Shown here one piece after another: positions 38,971 to 48,570 of a stretch of DNA of 57,596 bases. The first letter of the stretch is position 1. Each line of letters begins with the position of its first letter. The notes under the pieces are model-generated. The model did not search any database. It was not told the DNA's origin and was given only the letters and a program-made list of their open reading frames with translations. Source of the DNA: SAR86 cluster bacterium (GTDB taxonomy: Bacteria > Pseudomonadota > Gammaproteobacteria > Magnimaribacterales > D2472); contig QOPI01000004.1 in NCBI GenBank assembly GCA_003331645.1, positions 1-57,596 on the forward strand. Direction: 5' to 3'. The position numbers and the translations under genes are program-made.

Positions 38971-39944
38971 TAAATAATTTTTTTTGCAATATCTAAAGCA
39001 TTTTTAAGCGAGGAGTAATCGGCTTTTCCAGTCCCAGCAATATCAAGCGCCACACCATGATCGACCGATGTTCTGATAATAGGAACTCCAAGAGTAATAT
39101 TTATTCCATCTCCAAAACTCAAGGCTTTAAGGACAGGTAAAGCTTGATCATGATACATAGCAAGATATGCATCTGTCTTATTTAATATTTTTTTTGTAAA
39201 AGCTGTATCAGCTGAGATTGGATCAGTTATATCAATTCCCAATTTTCTGAGATTATTTGCAGCTGGCTTTAAAATATTTATCTCCTCAGATCCAATTGTT
39301 CCTCCCTCACCAGCATGAGGATTAAGTCCAAGCATTACAATTTTAGGCTGTTTTATTTTTAACTTTAACTTTAGATCTTCATCTAAGATCTTGGCTTTAT
39401 TGATAATTAATTCTTTAGTAATTACTTTTGTAACTTTATGAAGAGGTATATGTGTAGTCGCTAATGCAATTCGTAATTTGTTTGCCATCAAGAGCATAAG
39501 TACATCAGGACTTTTTGTAGTTTTTTGAATCCATTCAGTATGCCCTGAGAATTTTATTCCAGCATTAATTATATTTTCTTTACTAACTGGGCCTGTAACT
39601 AGCGCATTATTATTTTGAGCTAGGGCAATACCCAGATTTAGATTTTCAATAACATAAGATGCATTTTTAGAATTTAATTTTCCTGCAGCAAGGCTCCTAC
39701 ACTTAACAGTTTCTAAAACTTGTAGATTACTTTTTTTATTTTTTTTTGATGCATCTATACTTTTTATAGATGTTATGTGAATTTTTTTATTTAGAAGAGC
39801 AGCTCTCTTTTCAAACAATCTTGGATCTCCAAGAACAATAATTGAATTTTTAAAATTACTCCAATAATTTGAAGTAGATAATTGAATAATTAGATCTATG
39901 CCTATTCCAGAAGGTTCACCAGGGGAATAAATAATTTTTTTCAA
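38970..39944 (-). CDS. pdxA: 4-hydroxythreonine-4-phosphate dehydrogenase
   Basis: GEPSGIG, GHTE, GLNPHAGE, MYHDQ, RTSVDHG. Confidence 0.95.
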   Translation of the reverse strand: MKKIIYSPGEPSGIGIDLIIQLSTSNYWSNFKNSIIVLGDPRLFEKRAALLNKKIHITSIKSIDASKKNKKSNLQVLETVKCRSLAAGKLNSKNASYVIENLNLGIALAQNNNALVTGPVSKENIINAGIKFSGHTEWIQKTTKSPDVLMLLMANKLRIALATTHIPLHKVTKVITKELIINKAKILDEDLKLKLKIKQPKIVMLGLNPHAGEGGTIGSEEINILKPAANNLRKLGIDITDPISADTAFTKKILNKTDAYLAMYHDQALPVLKALSFGDGINITLGVPIIRTSVDHGVALDIAGTGKADYSSLKNALDIAKKII

Positions 39945-41185
39945 TCTAGGTCTTTGATTTCAACAAATGCCTCTGCTCTCATAGACCTTAAAGTATTCTC
40001 TAATTCTTCATCAAACTTTCTTGAGTAAAGTGCAGAATATGCTCTATCTTCAATAAGTTCAGAGGTTCTATCAAAATTTCTTGTGCCTAAAACTTCAAGA
40101 AAATGATATCCATAATCTGTTTTGAACACTTCTGAGACTTCGTTTAATTCAGACTGGAGCATCATATCTTCAAATTGTTTTACCATTGTGCCCTTAGTAA
40201 ACCAATCTAAGTCACCACCTTTTAAGGCAGACCCTTCGTCCTCAGAAAACTCTTTAGCAAGCTCACCAAAATCCTCACCAGCTATAATTCTATTTCGAAT
40301 ATCTTCTATTTCTATAAATGTTTCATCTAAATTTCTTATAGCTGTAGGCATTAAAAGGACATGTCTGACATTCCACTGATCTTCATATTTAACATAAGGA
40401 CCTCTTTTTTCTTCTATTTTCAAGATATGAAATCCTGATCCTGTTTCTAAAGGCTTTGAAATAGTTCCAACTACCTCTTCTTTTAAAGCTGTTCCAAATA
40501 TTTCAGGCATATCAGCAATTTTTCTCCATGGCATTAAGCCGCCATTAGAAGCATTTCCTGCAAGAGATTCTTGTTGAGCAATAATATCGAAGCTTTCATC
40601 AGAGTCTAGCCTAGTTAAGATAGAATCGGCTTTACTTTTCGTTTTTACCAATATCTGTCTTACCAATAATTCAGGTCTAATTTGTGCTACCGATGCATCA
40701 GTTTTTAAGAAACTTACAAACTCTTGTTCAGTAATATTTATCTCATTTCCAACTTTACCTCTTTGTACTCTTTGGATGATCATATCTTTTCTAATTTTTT
40801 CTCGAACAGCTTCATATGATTGGCCGGCTTCTTCTATAGTCGTTATAAAGTTTTCAAGAGAAAGATTGTTATTAGCAGCAATTGTATTAAGAGTTTGATT
40901 AAGTTCACCATCACTTATTCTAATACCATAAAGATTACCAAGTTGGAGTTGCAGCTCTTCTATAATTAATCTTTCTATTACTTGTTCTCGCAATTCTTCT
41001 CTAGGTGGAATAGTTATATTTTGCATCTGCATATTCATTTTTATCTCTAAAATGCTTTCAGTAATTTGGGATTCCATAATAAGACCATCATCAACAATAA
41101 TTGCAACCCTATCTAAGATTTCCACCCTAGCAAATACCAACGCAGGTATAATCATTAATAATGAGAATATTGTTAATTTTTTCAT
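39941..41185 (-). CDS. surA: Periplasmic chaperone/PPIase SurA
   Basis: Signal peptide, LDRVAIIVD, two parvulin domains (GFHIL; GGDLDW, GYH); between lptD and pdxA. Confidence 0.92.
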   Translation of the reverse strand: MKKLTIFSLLMIIPALVFARVEILDRVAIIVDDGLIMESQITESILEIKMNMQMQNITIPPREELREQVIERLIIEELQLQLGNLYGIRISDGELNQTLNTIAANNNLSLENFITTIEEAGQSYEAVREKIRKDMIIQRVQRGKVGNEINITEQEFVSFLKTDASVAQIRPELLVRQILVKTKSKADSILTRLDSDESFDIIAQQESLAGNASNGGLMPWRKIADMPEIFGTALKEEVVGTISKPLETGSGFHILKIEEKRGPYVKYEDQWNVRHVLLMPTAIRNLDETFIEIEDIRNRIIAGEDFGELAKEFSEDEGSALKGGDLDWFTKGTMVKQFEDMMLQSELNEVSEVFKTDYGYHFLEVLGTRNFDRTSELIEDRAYSALYSRKFDEELENTLRSMRAEAFVEIKDLD

Positions 41186-41198
41186 AATAAAAAGTTCC

Positions 41199-43526
41199 CT
41201 AATAATTAAGTAAAGAATCTTGAAGCATTTTATCTATCTTATTCACTGATGCGCTAAAGCCTTTTAATTCAAATTCAAAATTGATTCTACTTTTATTTTC
41301 AATATTTATCATATTGTCCCATGCATCATTTATGTATGTATAGCTTGAATTATAAAGATCATTATATCTTGTAAGATTCTTATCACTACCTATTATTCTC
41401 AATGCAATACAACAGTTTTCATATTCAAGCCCAATCATACTTTGAATTTTTACGTCATATTCATTGTCATGTTGGAACTTCCCAATAATTTTGAACCCAT
41501 CTCTAATATTTATAGAGGTATATATTTCTGAATAGTTTAGGGTTTGTCTGAAATTTCCAGCCATTCTTCTATATCTCTTCGCAACACCCAAAGTTCCTAT
41601 AGACGATTTTGTTAAAAAATTGATACCACCAATATGTAATTTGTTATCTTTATTATCAAAACCGCCATATATTTTTAATGAATTATTCATATTAGGCATC
41701 CACATCGAGGACATTATAAATTTCTTTTTATGCGGATTTACCATATTGGGATTAGATAGATAAACTTTGTTATCTGAATGGGTATATTTTTTTGCAAAAG
41801 TAAACTTTAATACATCCCTATTAAATTTATTGACTTTATAAGCAAAGCCAATACTGTGATTTGCTTCATCAGATATTCTATCCATGCCTGAAAAACGGCT
41901 GTTTTCAAAGACTTGATTGTTATAACTTATCAAATCACTATCAAATACAGGATTTCCTGCTTGATCTTTGTATTGGGAAAAGCCGACTAACAATCTTGGT
42001 TGAATTGATGAAAAGCCGTTTTTATTATTTTTTAGAAAGACACTGCTCACATTAATTGTTGCGTTTGGACTATGAATATTATTATTAGCTAATTTATGAT
42101 TATTTAAATCATAACTTAAACTTTTTAACCCTATAGAGGCATCAATAGTAAATATATTTTTTATAAACTGCTTAGAAAATGTAAGATCAGAATATGTTCT
42201 TCTTCCTTCTACAGGATCTTCAATAATTGCTAGATACTTACCCATTGAGCTTGATGTCCCAAAAAACTCATGTAAATTATTAGCCTCAAAGTTTGTAATA
42301 TTAAGTTTATGTTTTATATTTACTAAGTTAATTCTTTTACTAAAATTCACATTTATTGAGGGTGATTTTTTATAACCATTTGTAAGTAATGGATTGAGAG
42401 CTTGATAACCTTCATGCTCAAAACTAATTTGAAAATTTTTAAAAGATGAATATATTTTTACATTTTGATTTAAATAATGATCACGTTGCATTCCAACTGA
42501 AGTAATTTCTCCTGGTATATCTCGAAGGGCCATTGCATCAGAGGCCTCACCCCAATTAATAACTATTTCACCCCAATTCATTCCTGAGCCATCATTGAGC
42601 ATCAAAGAGTCCTGTATTTTATATGCCCACCTGGAGTTTGCTTGTTCAGGAAAGTTTTTCTGCATTTCTTTATCACTATTAAAGAAGAAAGCATCGATAT
42701 TGTTTTTAGTATGCTCTTTAATATAACGATAATTTAGTTCTATGCCTGAACCTCTTTCAGCAATATTTCTTAATGCTAGAGTAATGTCTGAATGATCAGA
42801 CAATATTGCAAAATATGGAACTGAAAAATCAACACCATCAGATGATGATGATAATGTAGGCTCTAAAAAGCCAGATAATCTTTCATTAGTAGTTGCAAAA
42901 GGCATGTAAGGGGCCTTAAAAACACTAACACCTTTTATTTTAAGGGTTATATTTTTAGCATAACCTCTATAGGTTTCATTATTCAAACCAACTTCATTTG
43001 CTCCAATGAGCCAACCATCAGAAGGATTCATACATGATGATATTATTGCATCATTGAAACTTAGATCATTGTCTAAAGAGCCATTTAATTGGCTAAAATC
43101 AACCTTTAAACCTCTATAGGGTAAAAAGATGCTGCCATCTTGAATTTCAATATTATTATTTGATCTCATTAAAGATCCCTTTTGGCCTTGAAGAAAAAAG
43201 TTTTCTAACGATAGCTTTGTATCTTTTTCAAATTGAATTAGATCCTTATTTTCTGATATTAATGCTTCTGATGAGCTTAAGGAACCTCCTGGAAAATTAA
43301 TGAGAACATTATTATTCAAACTAACAGCATTATTTTCATCAAAACTTAATAAGTCAGCTTCTACGTTTATGTCTTTATTTTGTATAAGAGCAATGTCAAG
43401 GTTATATACCATACAAGAATCTGCACTATAATCTTTACTCATACTTATCAGGCCAGAATTATTAGCTTCAAGGAATGTTCCAAAAGATAGCAATACTGAC
43501 AAAGCAGTAAATCGTATAGTGTTCAT
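41199..43526 (-). CDS. lptD: LPS assembly outer-membrane protein LptD
   Basis: RLSGFLEP, RFSGMDRI.D, YENCC, FELKG; upstream of surA. Confidence 0.88.
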   Translation of the reverse strand: MNTIRFTALSVLLSFGTFLEANNSGLISMSKDYSADSCMVYNLDIALIQNKDINVEADLLSFDENNAVSLNNNVLINFPGGSLSSSEALISENKDLIQFEKDTKLSLENFFLQGQKGSLMRSNNNIEIQDGSIFLPYRGLKVDFSQLNGSLDNDLSFNDAIISSCMNPSDGWLIGANEVGLNNETYRGYAKNITLKIKGVSVFKAPYMPFATTNERLSGFLEPTLSSSSDGVDFSVPYFAILSDHSDITLALRNIAERGSGIELNYRYIKEHTKNNIDAFFFNSDKEMQKNFPEQANSRWAYKIQDSLMLNDGSGMNWGEIVINWGEASDAMALRDIPGEITSVGMQRDHYLNQNVKIYSSFKNFQISFEHEGYQALNPLLTNGYKKSPSINVNFSKRINLVNIKHKLNITNFEANNLHEFFGTSSSMGKYLAIIEDPVEGRRTYSDLTFSKQFIKNIFTIDASIGLKSLSYDLNNHKLANNNIHSPNATINVSSVFLKNNKNGFSSIQPRLLVGFSQYKDQAGNPVFDSDLISYNNQVFENSRFSGMDRISDEANHSIGFAYKVNKFNRDVLKFTFAKKYTHSDNKVYLSNPNMVNPHKKKFIMSSMWMPNMNNSLKIYGGFDNKDNKLHIGGINFLTKSSIGTLGVAKRYRRMAGNFRQTLNYSEIYTSINIRDGFKIIGKFQHDNEYDVKIQSMIGLEYENCCIALRIIGSDKNLTRYNDLYNSSYTYINDAWDNMINIENKSRINFEFELKGFSASVNKIDKMLQDSLLNY

Positions 43527-43594
43527 TGTATTTATTTTATACCTGTTAGCTTAGAAAGCGCATTTTTCGGAAAGTTCTATTTTTCCTTCAAAAC

Positions 43595-44197
43595 TTAATT
43601 AGCAATATATGCTTCCAAGTCAATAAGACTATCTTTACCAAAGAAAATTTCTTTATCATCAACAAAAAAAGTTGGAATACCAAAAGCACCTTTTTCAACT
43701 GCTAAATTAGTATTTTCAATGAGTTCATCTTTAATCTCTTGGCTCTGCATTTTTTCTACAAGTATTTCTATATCAATATCAGTTTCATTAGTAAGTAAAT
43801 TGATAAGAATATCCTGATCTCCAAGGTTAAGACTTTCTTCCCACATGCCTTTAAAGATAGCCTCAATATATTGATCGAAAACATTCAATGAGATTGCTGC
43901 AATAGCTCCTCTTTGCAGTTGAAGCGTCATTATTGGAAAGAATGAGTTCATGGTAAATTTGTCTAAATTATGCTTTTGGACAAATCTTGCTATTTCAATA
44001 TTCTGATACTCAAGCTTATTTGTTATTCCGCTGAAAGCCAGCATAGGAGCTTGATTATTAGTTATTTTAAAGATTCCTCCTAGCAAACAAGGAATGTAAT
44101 TAAAGGTTTTACCAGTCCTATTCTCAATACCTGGAATCACCTTATGACACAAGTAAGCATTAGGACTAGCAACATCAAATATAAAGTCTATTTTCAT
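43595..44197 (-). CDS. DsbA-like HCCA isomerase / GST-kappa family protein
   Basis: IDFIFDVASPNAYL, LLGGIFK, GAFGIPTFFV, FFGKD. Confidence 0.85.
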   Translation of the reverse strand: MKIDFIFDVASPNAYLCHKVIPGIENRTGKTFNYIPCLLGGIFKITNNQAPMLAFSGITNKLEYQNIEIARFVQKHNLDKFTMNSFFPIMTLQLQRGAIAAISLNVFDQYIEAIFKGMWEESLNLGDQDILINLLTNETDIDIEILVEKMQSQEIKDELIENTNLAVEKGAFGIPTFFVDDKEIFFGKDSLIDLEAYIAN

Positions 44198-44264
44198 TTT
44201 TATTAAATATTTTGTTAAAGTTTAATAGCAAGTGATCAAATACTATACAAGTTTATAACTAAAT

Positions 44265-45005
44265 ATGAAAAATAACTCAGAATATTCAGCAATTATTATT
44301 GGTGCAGGTGTTGCAACTGGAAGTGCATTAACAAAGAAATTTGCCAAAGAAGGCTATAAGGTTTGCCCAGTTCGGAGAGGGACAAATGCATCTGATTTAA
44401 AGGATTTGGAAGAAGAAATTAAGCAAGATGGTGGATGGGCTCAAGGATTTGAAGTAGATGCGAGAGATGAAGATGCAATTAAAAAACTTTTTAAAGAAGT
44501 AGAAGAAGAAGTAGCTCCAATTGATGTAGTAATTTTTAATCCAGGAGCTAATGTTTTTTTTCCAATTGAAGAGACAACTGCTAGGGTTTACAGAAAGGTC
44601 TGGGAAATGGCTACATTTGCGGGCTTTCTTACTGGTAGAGAAGCTACAAAATATATGAAGCCTCGAGGACACGGGTCTATTTTGTTTACAGGAGCTACAG
44701 CTTCTATTAGAGGAGGTGCAGGATTTTCAGCCTTTGCAGGAGCTAAGTTTGCATTAAGAGCTTTGTCTCAAAGCATGGCAAGAGAACTTGGACCCCAGGG
44801 TATACATGTTGCACACATAATTATAGATGGAGCTATTGATACTCCTTGGATAAAAGAAAATTTTCCTGATGCATATGCACTGAAGGAAAAAGACGGTATC
44901 CTAAGTCCTGAAAAAATTGCAGAAACTTATTGGAATGTTCATTTACAAGATAGAACTGCATGGACACAAGAATTAGATCTAAGACCTTATATGGAAAAAT
45001 TTTAA
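44265..45005 (+). CDS. SDR-family oxidoreductase
   Basis: GAGVATG, FTGATASIRG, FAGAKFALRAL.QSMAREL (Phe in the usual Tyr position). Confidence 0.85.
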   Translation: MKNNSEYSAIIIGAGVATGSALTKKFAKEGYKVCPVRRGTNASDLKDLEEEIKQDGGWAQGFEVDARDEDAIKKLFKEVEEEVAPIDVVIFNPGANVFFPIEETTARVYRKVWEMATFAGFLTGREATKYMKPRGHGSILFTGATASIRGGAGFSAFAGAKFALRALSQSMARELGPQGIHVAHIIIDGAIDTPWIKENFPDAYALKEKDGILSPEKIAETYWNVHLQDRTAWTQELDLRPYMEKF

Positions 45006-45017
45006 GAGGAAGAAATT

Positions 45018-45875
45018 ATGAATTTAAAAGACAAAGTAATATTTATATCAGGTGGAAGCAGGGGTATTGGATTAGCAATGGCAAAGAAAGCTGCAGAAGA
45101 TGGAGCTAAGATTGTAGTTGCAGCAAAAACAGCAGAGCCACACCCTAAACTTCCAGGAACTATTTTTACCGCAGCAGATGAAATCATTGATGCCGGCGGC
45201 GATGCATTACCTATGGTATGTGATATAAGGAATGAGGATAATGTTCGTGATGCTATCAATAAAGCAGTCGAGCATTTTGGTGGAATAGATATTTGTATTA
45301 ATAATGCTTCGGCAATTCAATTAACTAATACTCTTGATACTTCAATGAAACGATATGACTTGATGCATCAAATTAATGGAAGAGGAACCTATATGGTTAG
45401 TAAATATTGCTTACCTCATTTACTAAAATCAGATAATCCTCATATCTTAAATCTTGCTCCACCATTAGATATGGACCCAAAATGGTTTGGAGGTCATGTT
45501 GGCTACACTATGGCTAAATACACCATGAGTATGTGTGTTTTAGGTATGGCAGCTGAATTTAAAGAGCAAGGAGTTGCCGTTAATGCATTGTGGCCAAGAA
45601 CAGCTATAGCCACAGCAGCAGTGCAGAATCATCTTGGTGGAGATGAAATAATGCGCTTATCTAGAAATGTAGACATTATGGCTGATGCAGCATATACAAT
45701 TTTAACTAAAGACTCTAAAACCTTTAGTGGCAATTTTTGTATTGATGACATAGTTTTATATGAGGCTGGTGTAACTGACTTTACCAAATATGCGAATGTA
45801 CCATTTGGTGAGTTAATGCCTGATTTCTTTGTTCCAGATAATACTCCGCTTCCAGATGAGGTGAAGAATAGTTAG
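45018..45875 (+). CDS. HSDL2-like SDR oxidoreductase
   Basis: ISGGSRGIG, KTAEPHPKLPGTI, NNASAI, YTMAK, NALWPRT.IATAA. Confidence 0.88.
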   Translation: MNLKDKVIFISGGSRGIGLAMAKKAAEDGAKIVVAAKTAEPHPKLPGTIFTAADEIIDAGGDALPMVCDIRNEDNVRDAINKAVEHFGGIDICINNASAIQLTNTLDTSMKRYDLMHQINGRGTYMVSKYCLPHLLKSDNPHILNLAPPLDMDPKWFGGHVGYTMAKYTMSMCVLGMAAEFKEQGVAVNALWPRTAIATAAVQNHLGGDEIMRLSRNVDIMADAAYTILTKDSKTFSGNFCIDDIVLYEAGVTDFTKYANVPFGELMPDFFVPDNTPLPDEVKNS

Positions 45876-45877
45876 CT

Positions 45878-46831
45878 TTGAAAGAATCAGAAGTAATAGA
45901 TTTAGCTGCTCAATGTGGCTATGAGTGCGAAAGAGCTATAGCTTTAAAATTAGAAGCAAGTGGTCGTGAATACTGGAGATTAAGCTATAAGCCAAATAAT
46001 TTAATATTTTGTTACTTAGAAGTATCTTTGGGTGACCATAATCAGTTTTGTTATTTAGCTGACTGTTTTAAAACACATAGTATTAATGCTCCAAAAGTAT
46101 TAATGCACAATCAAAAACTTGGGGTTACTATTCAAGAAGACCTTGGCGATGATGATCTGCTAGAAATTTTAAATGAATCCAATAAAAATGAATTGATTAA
46201 TAAAAGTTTAGAACTTTTAGTCCAAGTCCAGGAAATTAAAAGTCTTAAGATAAAAAAGTTATCAGAAATAGATTTAACAGATCAATCGAATCTTTTTAAT
46301 GAAATATTTTGTAATAATTTTTTAGATATTAATCCTGATCAATGTGTAAATGACTTATCTTTTGCCGCTATAGAAAATCTTATAAAACAACCTTATTTTA
46401 ATTGTCATTTTGACTTTGAAAGAAGAAATCTCATCGTATCTGAAGATAAAACTATAAGCGTTATTGATTTTCAAGACCTTTGTATCGGTCCAATTGGCAT
46501 TGATTTGGCTGGCATACTTCTAGATCATTACCTGCCATTTGACAAAGTATTTGTAAAAGATTCTTTAGAATTTTATAAAAATAGATCTTCACTAGCATTA
46601 AATAATAATGAATTATTTGAATGTTTTAGATGGGGAGGTATTCAAAGAAATATGCGAATACTTGGAACATTATCAAGATTATATTTAGAAAATGATAGAG
46701 CATTTAGGCTTAATGATTTGCCGATGATATTAGATAACTTAATAAGTATTATCCCAAATGATTGGACTTGTAAAAGCTATATGATTGATACAATAAAACC
46801 TAAATTAAAACAAAAGTTAGCAATGATATGA
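45878..46831 (+). CDS. amgK: Anomeric MurNAc/GlcNAc kinase-like phosphotransferase
   Basis: EASGREYWR, EDLGD, HFDF..RNL, IDFQD, QRNMRILG...RL; directly upstream of murU. Confidence 0.78.
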   Translation: MKESEVIDLAAQCGYECERAIALKLEASGREYWRLSYKPNNLIFCYLEVSLGDHNQFCYLADCFKTHSINAPKVLMHNQKLGVTIQEDLGDDDLLEILNESNKNELINKSLELLVQVQEIKSLKIKKLSEIDLTDQSNLFNEIFCNNFLDINPDQCVNDLSFAAIENLIKQPYFNCHFDFERRNLIVSEDKTISVIDFQDLCIGPIGIDLAGILLDHYLPFDKVFVKDSLEFYKNRSSLALNNNELFECFRWGGIQRNMRILGTLSRLYLENDRAFRLNDLPMILDNLISIIPNDWTCKSYMIDTIKPKLKQKLAMI

Positions 46832-47499
46832 AGGCGATGGTTCTTGCTGCCGGTATAGGAAAGAGGTTATTGCCTTTTACAAAAGATATGCCTAAACCTC
46901 TTATTAAAGTTGGAGCCGAAACTTTACTAGATAGAAACATCAAGAAAATCTTTGATGCTGGAATATTAGATATTGTTATTAATGTATCCTACCTTGGCGA
47001 CATGATTGAAAAGCATTTAGCTCAACATTATAAGGATGCAAATATTACTATAATCAAAGAAAAATGTATTTTAGGGACGGGCGGAGGAATACTCAATGCT
47101 ATTGAACATTTTGATGATGAACCCTTCCTATTAATTAATGCAGATACTTATCATGAAATACCGCTTACTATATTGCCAAATAATACTCAGTTTGCACATC
47201 TCATAGGAGTAAGTAATCCTGATCACAATATTGAAGGCGATTTTTCTATAGAAAATAAAAGAGTAATTATTTCTGAAAGCACTAACGCATTAACATTTGC
47301 AGGGATATCTATAATAAATCCATGCATTTTTAAACAAGCTAATCTACCAAAAGCGCCTTTTGATATTTGGAATTATGTTTTAAAAGATTTGATCATACAA
47401 AATAAAGTCACTGGCGAGAAAGCAGATAAATTATGGATAGATGTTGGTTCTCCAGAGCGACTTTCTCTTGCCATTAATGCTGATAAAGAAGAAAATTAA
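46828..47499 (+). CDS. murU: MurNAc-1-phosphate uridylyltransferase
   Basis: MKAMVLAAGIGKRL.P.T...PKPL, GTGGGI, NPDHN..GDF, WIDVGSPERL. Confidence 0.85.
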   Translation: MKAMVLAAGIGKRLLPFTKDMPKPLIKVGAETLLDRNIKKIFDAGILDIVINVSYLGDMIEKHLAQHYKDANITIIKEKCILGTGGGILNAIEHFDDEPFLLINADTYHEIPLTILPNNTQFAHLIGVSNPDHNIEGDFSIENKRVIISESTNALTFAGISIINPCIFKQANLPKAPFDIWNYVLKDLIIQNKVTGEKADKLWIDVGSPERLSLAINADKEEN

Positions 47500-47502
47500 A
47501 CT

Positions 47503-48171
47503 ATGAGTGAAAATAAATACATAATCGCACCTTCAATATTGTCTGCAAACTTTGCAACTCTTGGTAAAGAGGTTGAGGATGTTATGGCATCTGGAGCCGA
47601 CTGGGTACATTTTGATGTAATGGATAATCATTATGTTCCTAACCTGACAATTGGCCCTATGGTATGTAAATCACTAAGAGATTATGGAATAAAGAATTTT
47701 ATAGATGTGCATCTTATGATTGAGCCGGTAGATGAGCTAGCTGCTGACTTTATTAATGCAGGAGCAGATCTTATAAGCTTCCATCCAGAGGCTACAAAGC
47801 ATGTTCATAGATCTATAAATGCTATTAAAGATGCTGGCTGCAAGGCAGGGCTAGCTATTAATCCAGGCACATCCTTAAATGTGCTCGATGACGTTATCGA
47901 AGAGTTAGATTTAGTTTTGTTAATGAGTGTTAATCCCGGATTTGGTGGCCAAAGCTTTATAAGCGGGACTCTAAATAAAATTGAAAAAGTTCGTCAGATG
48001 ATTGATGCCAGTGGAAAAGATATCAGACTAGAAGTAGATGGCGGTGTGAATTTAAATACCATTGGTGATGTTGCTGCAGCAGGTGCTGATACCTTTGTAG
48101 CTGGGTCAGCTATTTTTGGTACTGATAATTATGAAGATACCATCTCAAAACTTCGCGCACAGATATCTTAA
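47503..48171 (+). CDS. rpe: Ribulose-phosphate 3-epimerase
   Basis: [37 protein letters not shown]. Confidence 0.97.
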   Translation: MSENKYIIAPSILSANFATLGKEVEDVMASGADWVHFDVMDNHYVPNLTIGPMVCKSLRDYGIKNFIDVHLMIEPVDELAADFINAGADLISFHPEATKHVHRSINAIKDAGCKAGLAINPGTSLNVLDDVIEELDLVLLMSVNPGFGGQSFISGTLNKIEKVRQMIDASGKDIRLEVDGGVNLNTIGDVAAAGADTFVAGSAIFGTDNYEDTISKLRAQIS

Positions 48172-48568
48172 ATTATTTTTTGTCAGCAGTTTATTTTTAT
48201 CTGGTGAACTGCATACCAAAAATAAAGATACTATTAATCTAAAATCAATCCTTCCTAATATTGAGATTGCTGATAATTTTTACGCAAGAAAACGTGGCCT
48301 AATGTATCGATCTTCATTACAAGCAAATACAGGAATGCTTTTTATCTGGGAAGACTACTCTACAAGATGTATGTGGATGAAGAATACGAAAGTGCCTCTA
48401 AGTATAGCTTTTATGTCAGAAGAGAAAGAAATTTTAGAAATTTATGATATGGTTCCCATGTCCGAAACGAGTATATGCTCAGAAAACAAGGCTGCTTTCG
48501 CTTTAGAGGTAAATAGAGGCTGGTTCAAAGAGCATAATATCTCTAAAGGACATATATTAGATTTTTAA
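48131..48568 (+). CDS. DUF192 family protein
   Basis: EIAD...[30 protein letters not shown]; start uncertain, overlaps the rpe 3' end. Confidence 0.85.
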   Translation: MKIPSQNFAHRYLKLFFVSSLFLSGELHTKNKDTINLKSILPNIEIADNFYARKRGLMYRSSLQANTGMLFIWEDYSTRCMWMKNTKVPLSIAFMSEEKEILEIYDMVPMSETSICSENKAAFALEVNRGWFKEHNISKGHILDF

Positions 48569-48570
48569 AC

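Noticed and set aside
44251-44260. Short inverted repeat around AGTTTATAACT in the divergent gap before the SDR genes
   Set aside because: Only 4-bp arms in AT-rich DNA, not distinguishable from chance
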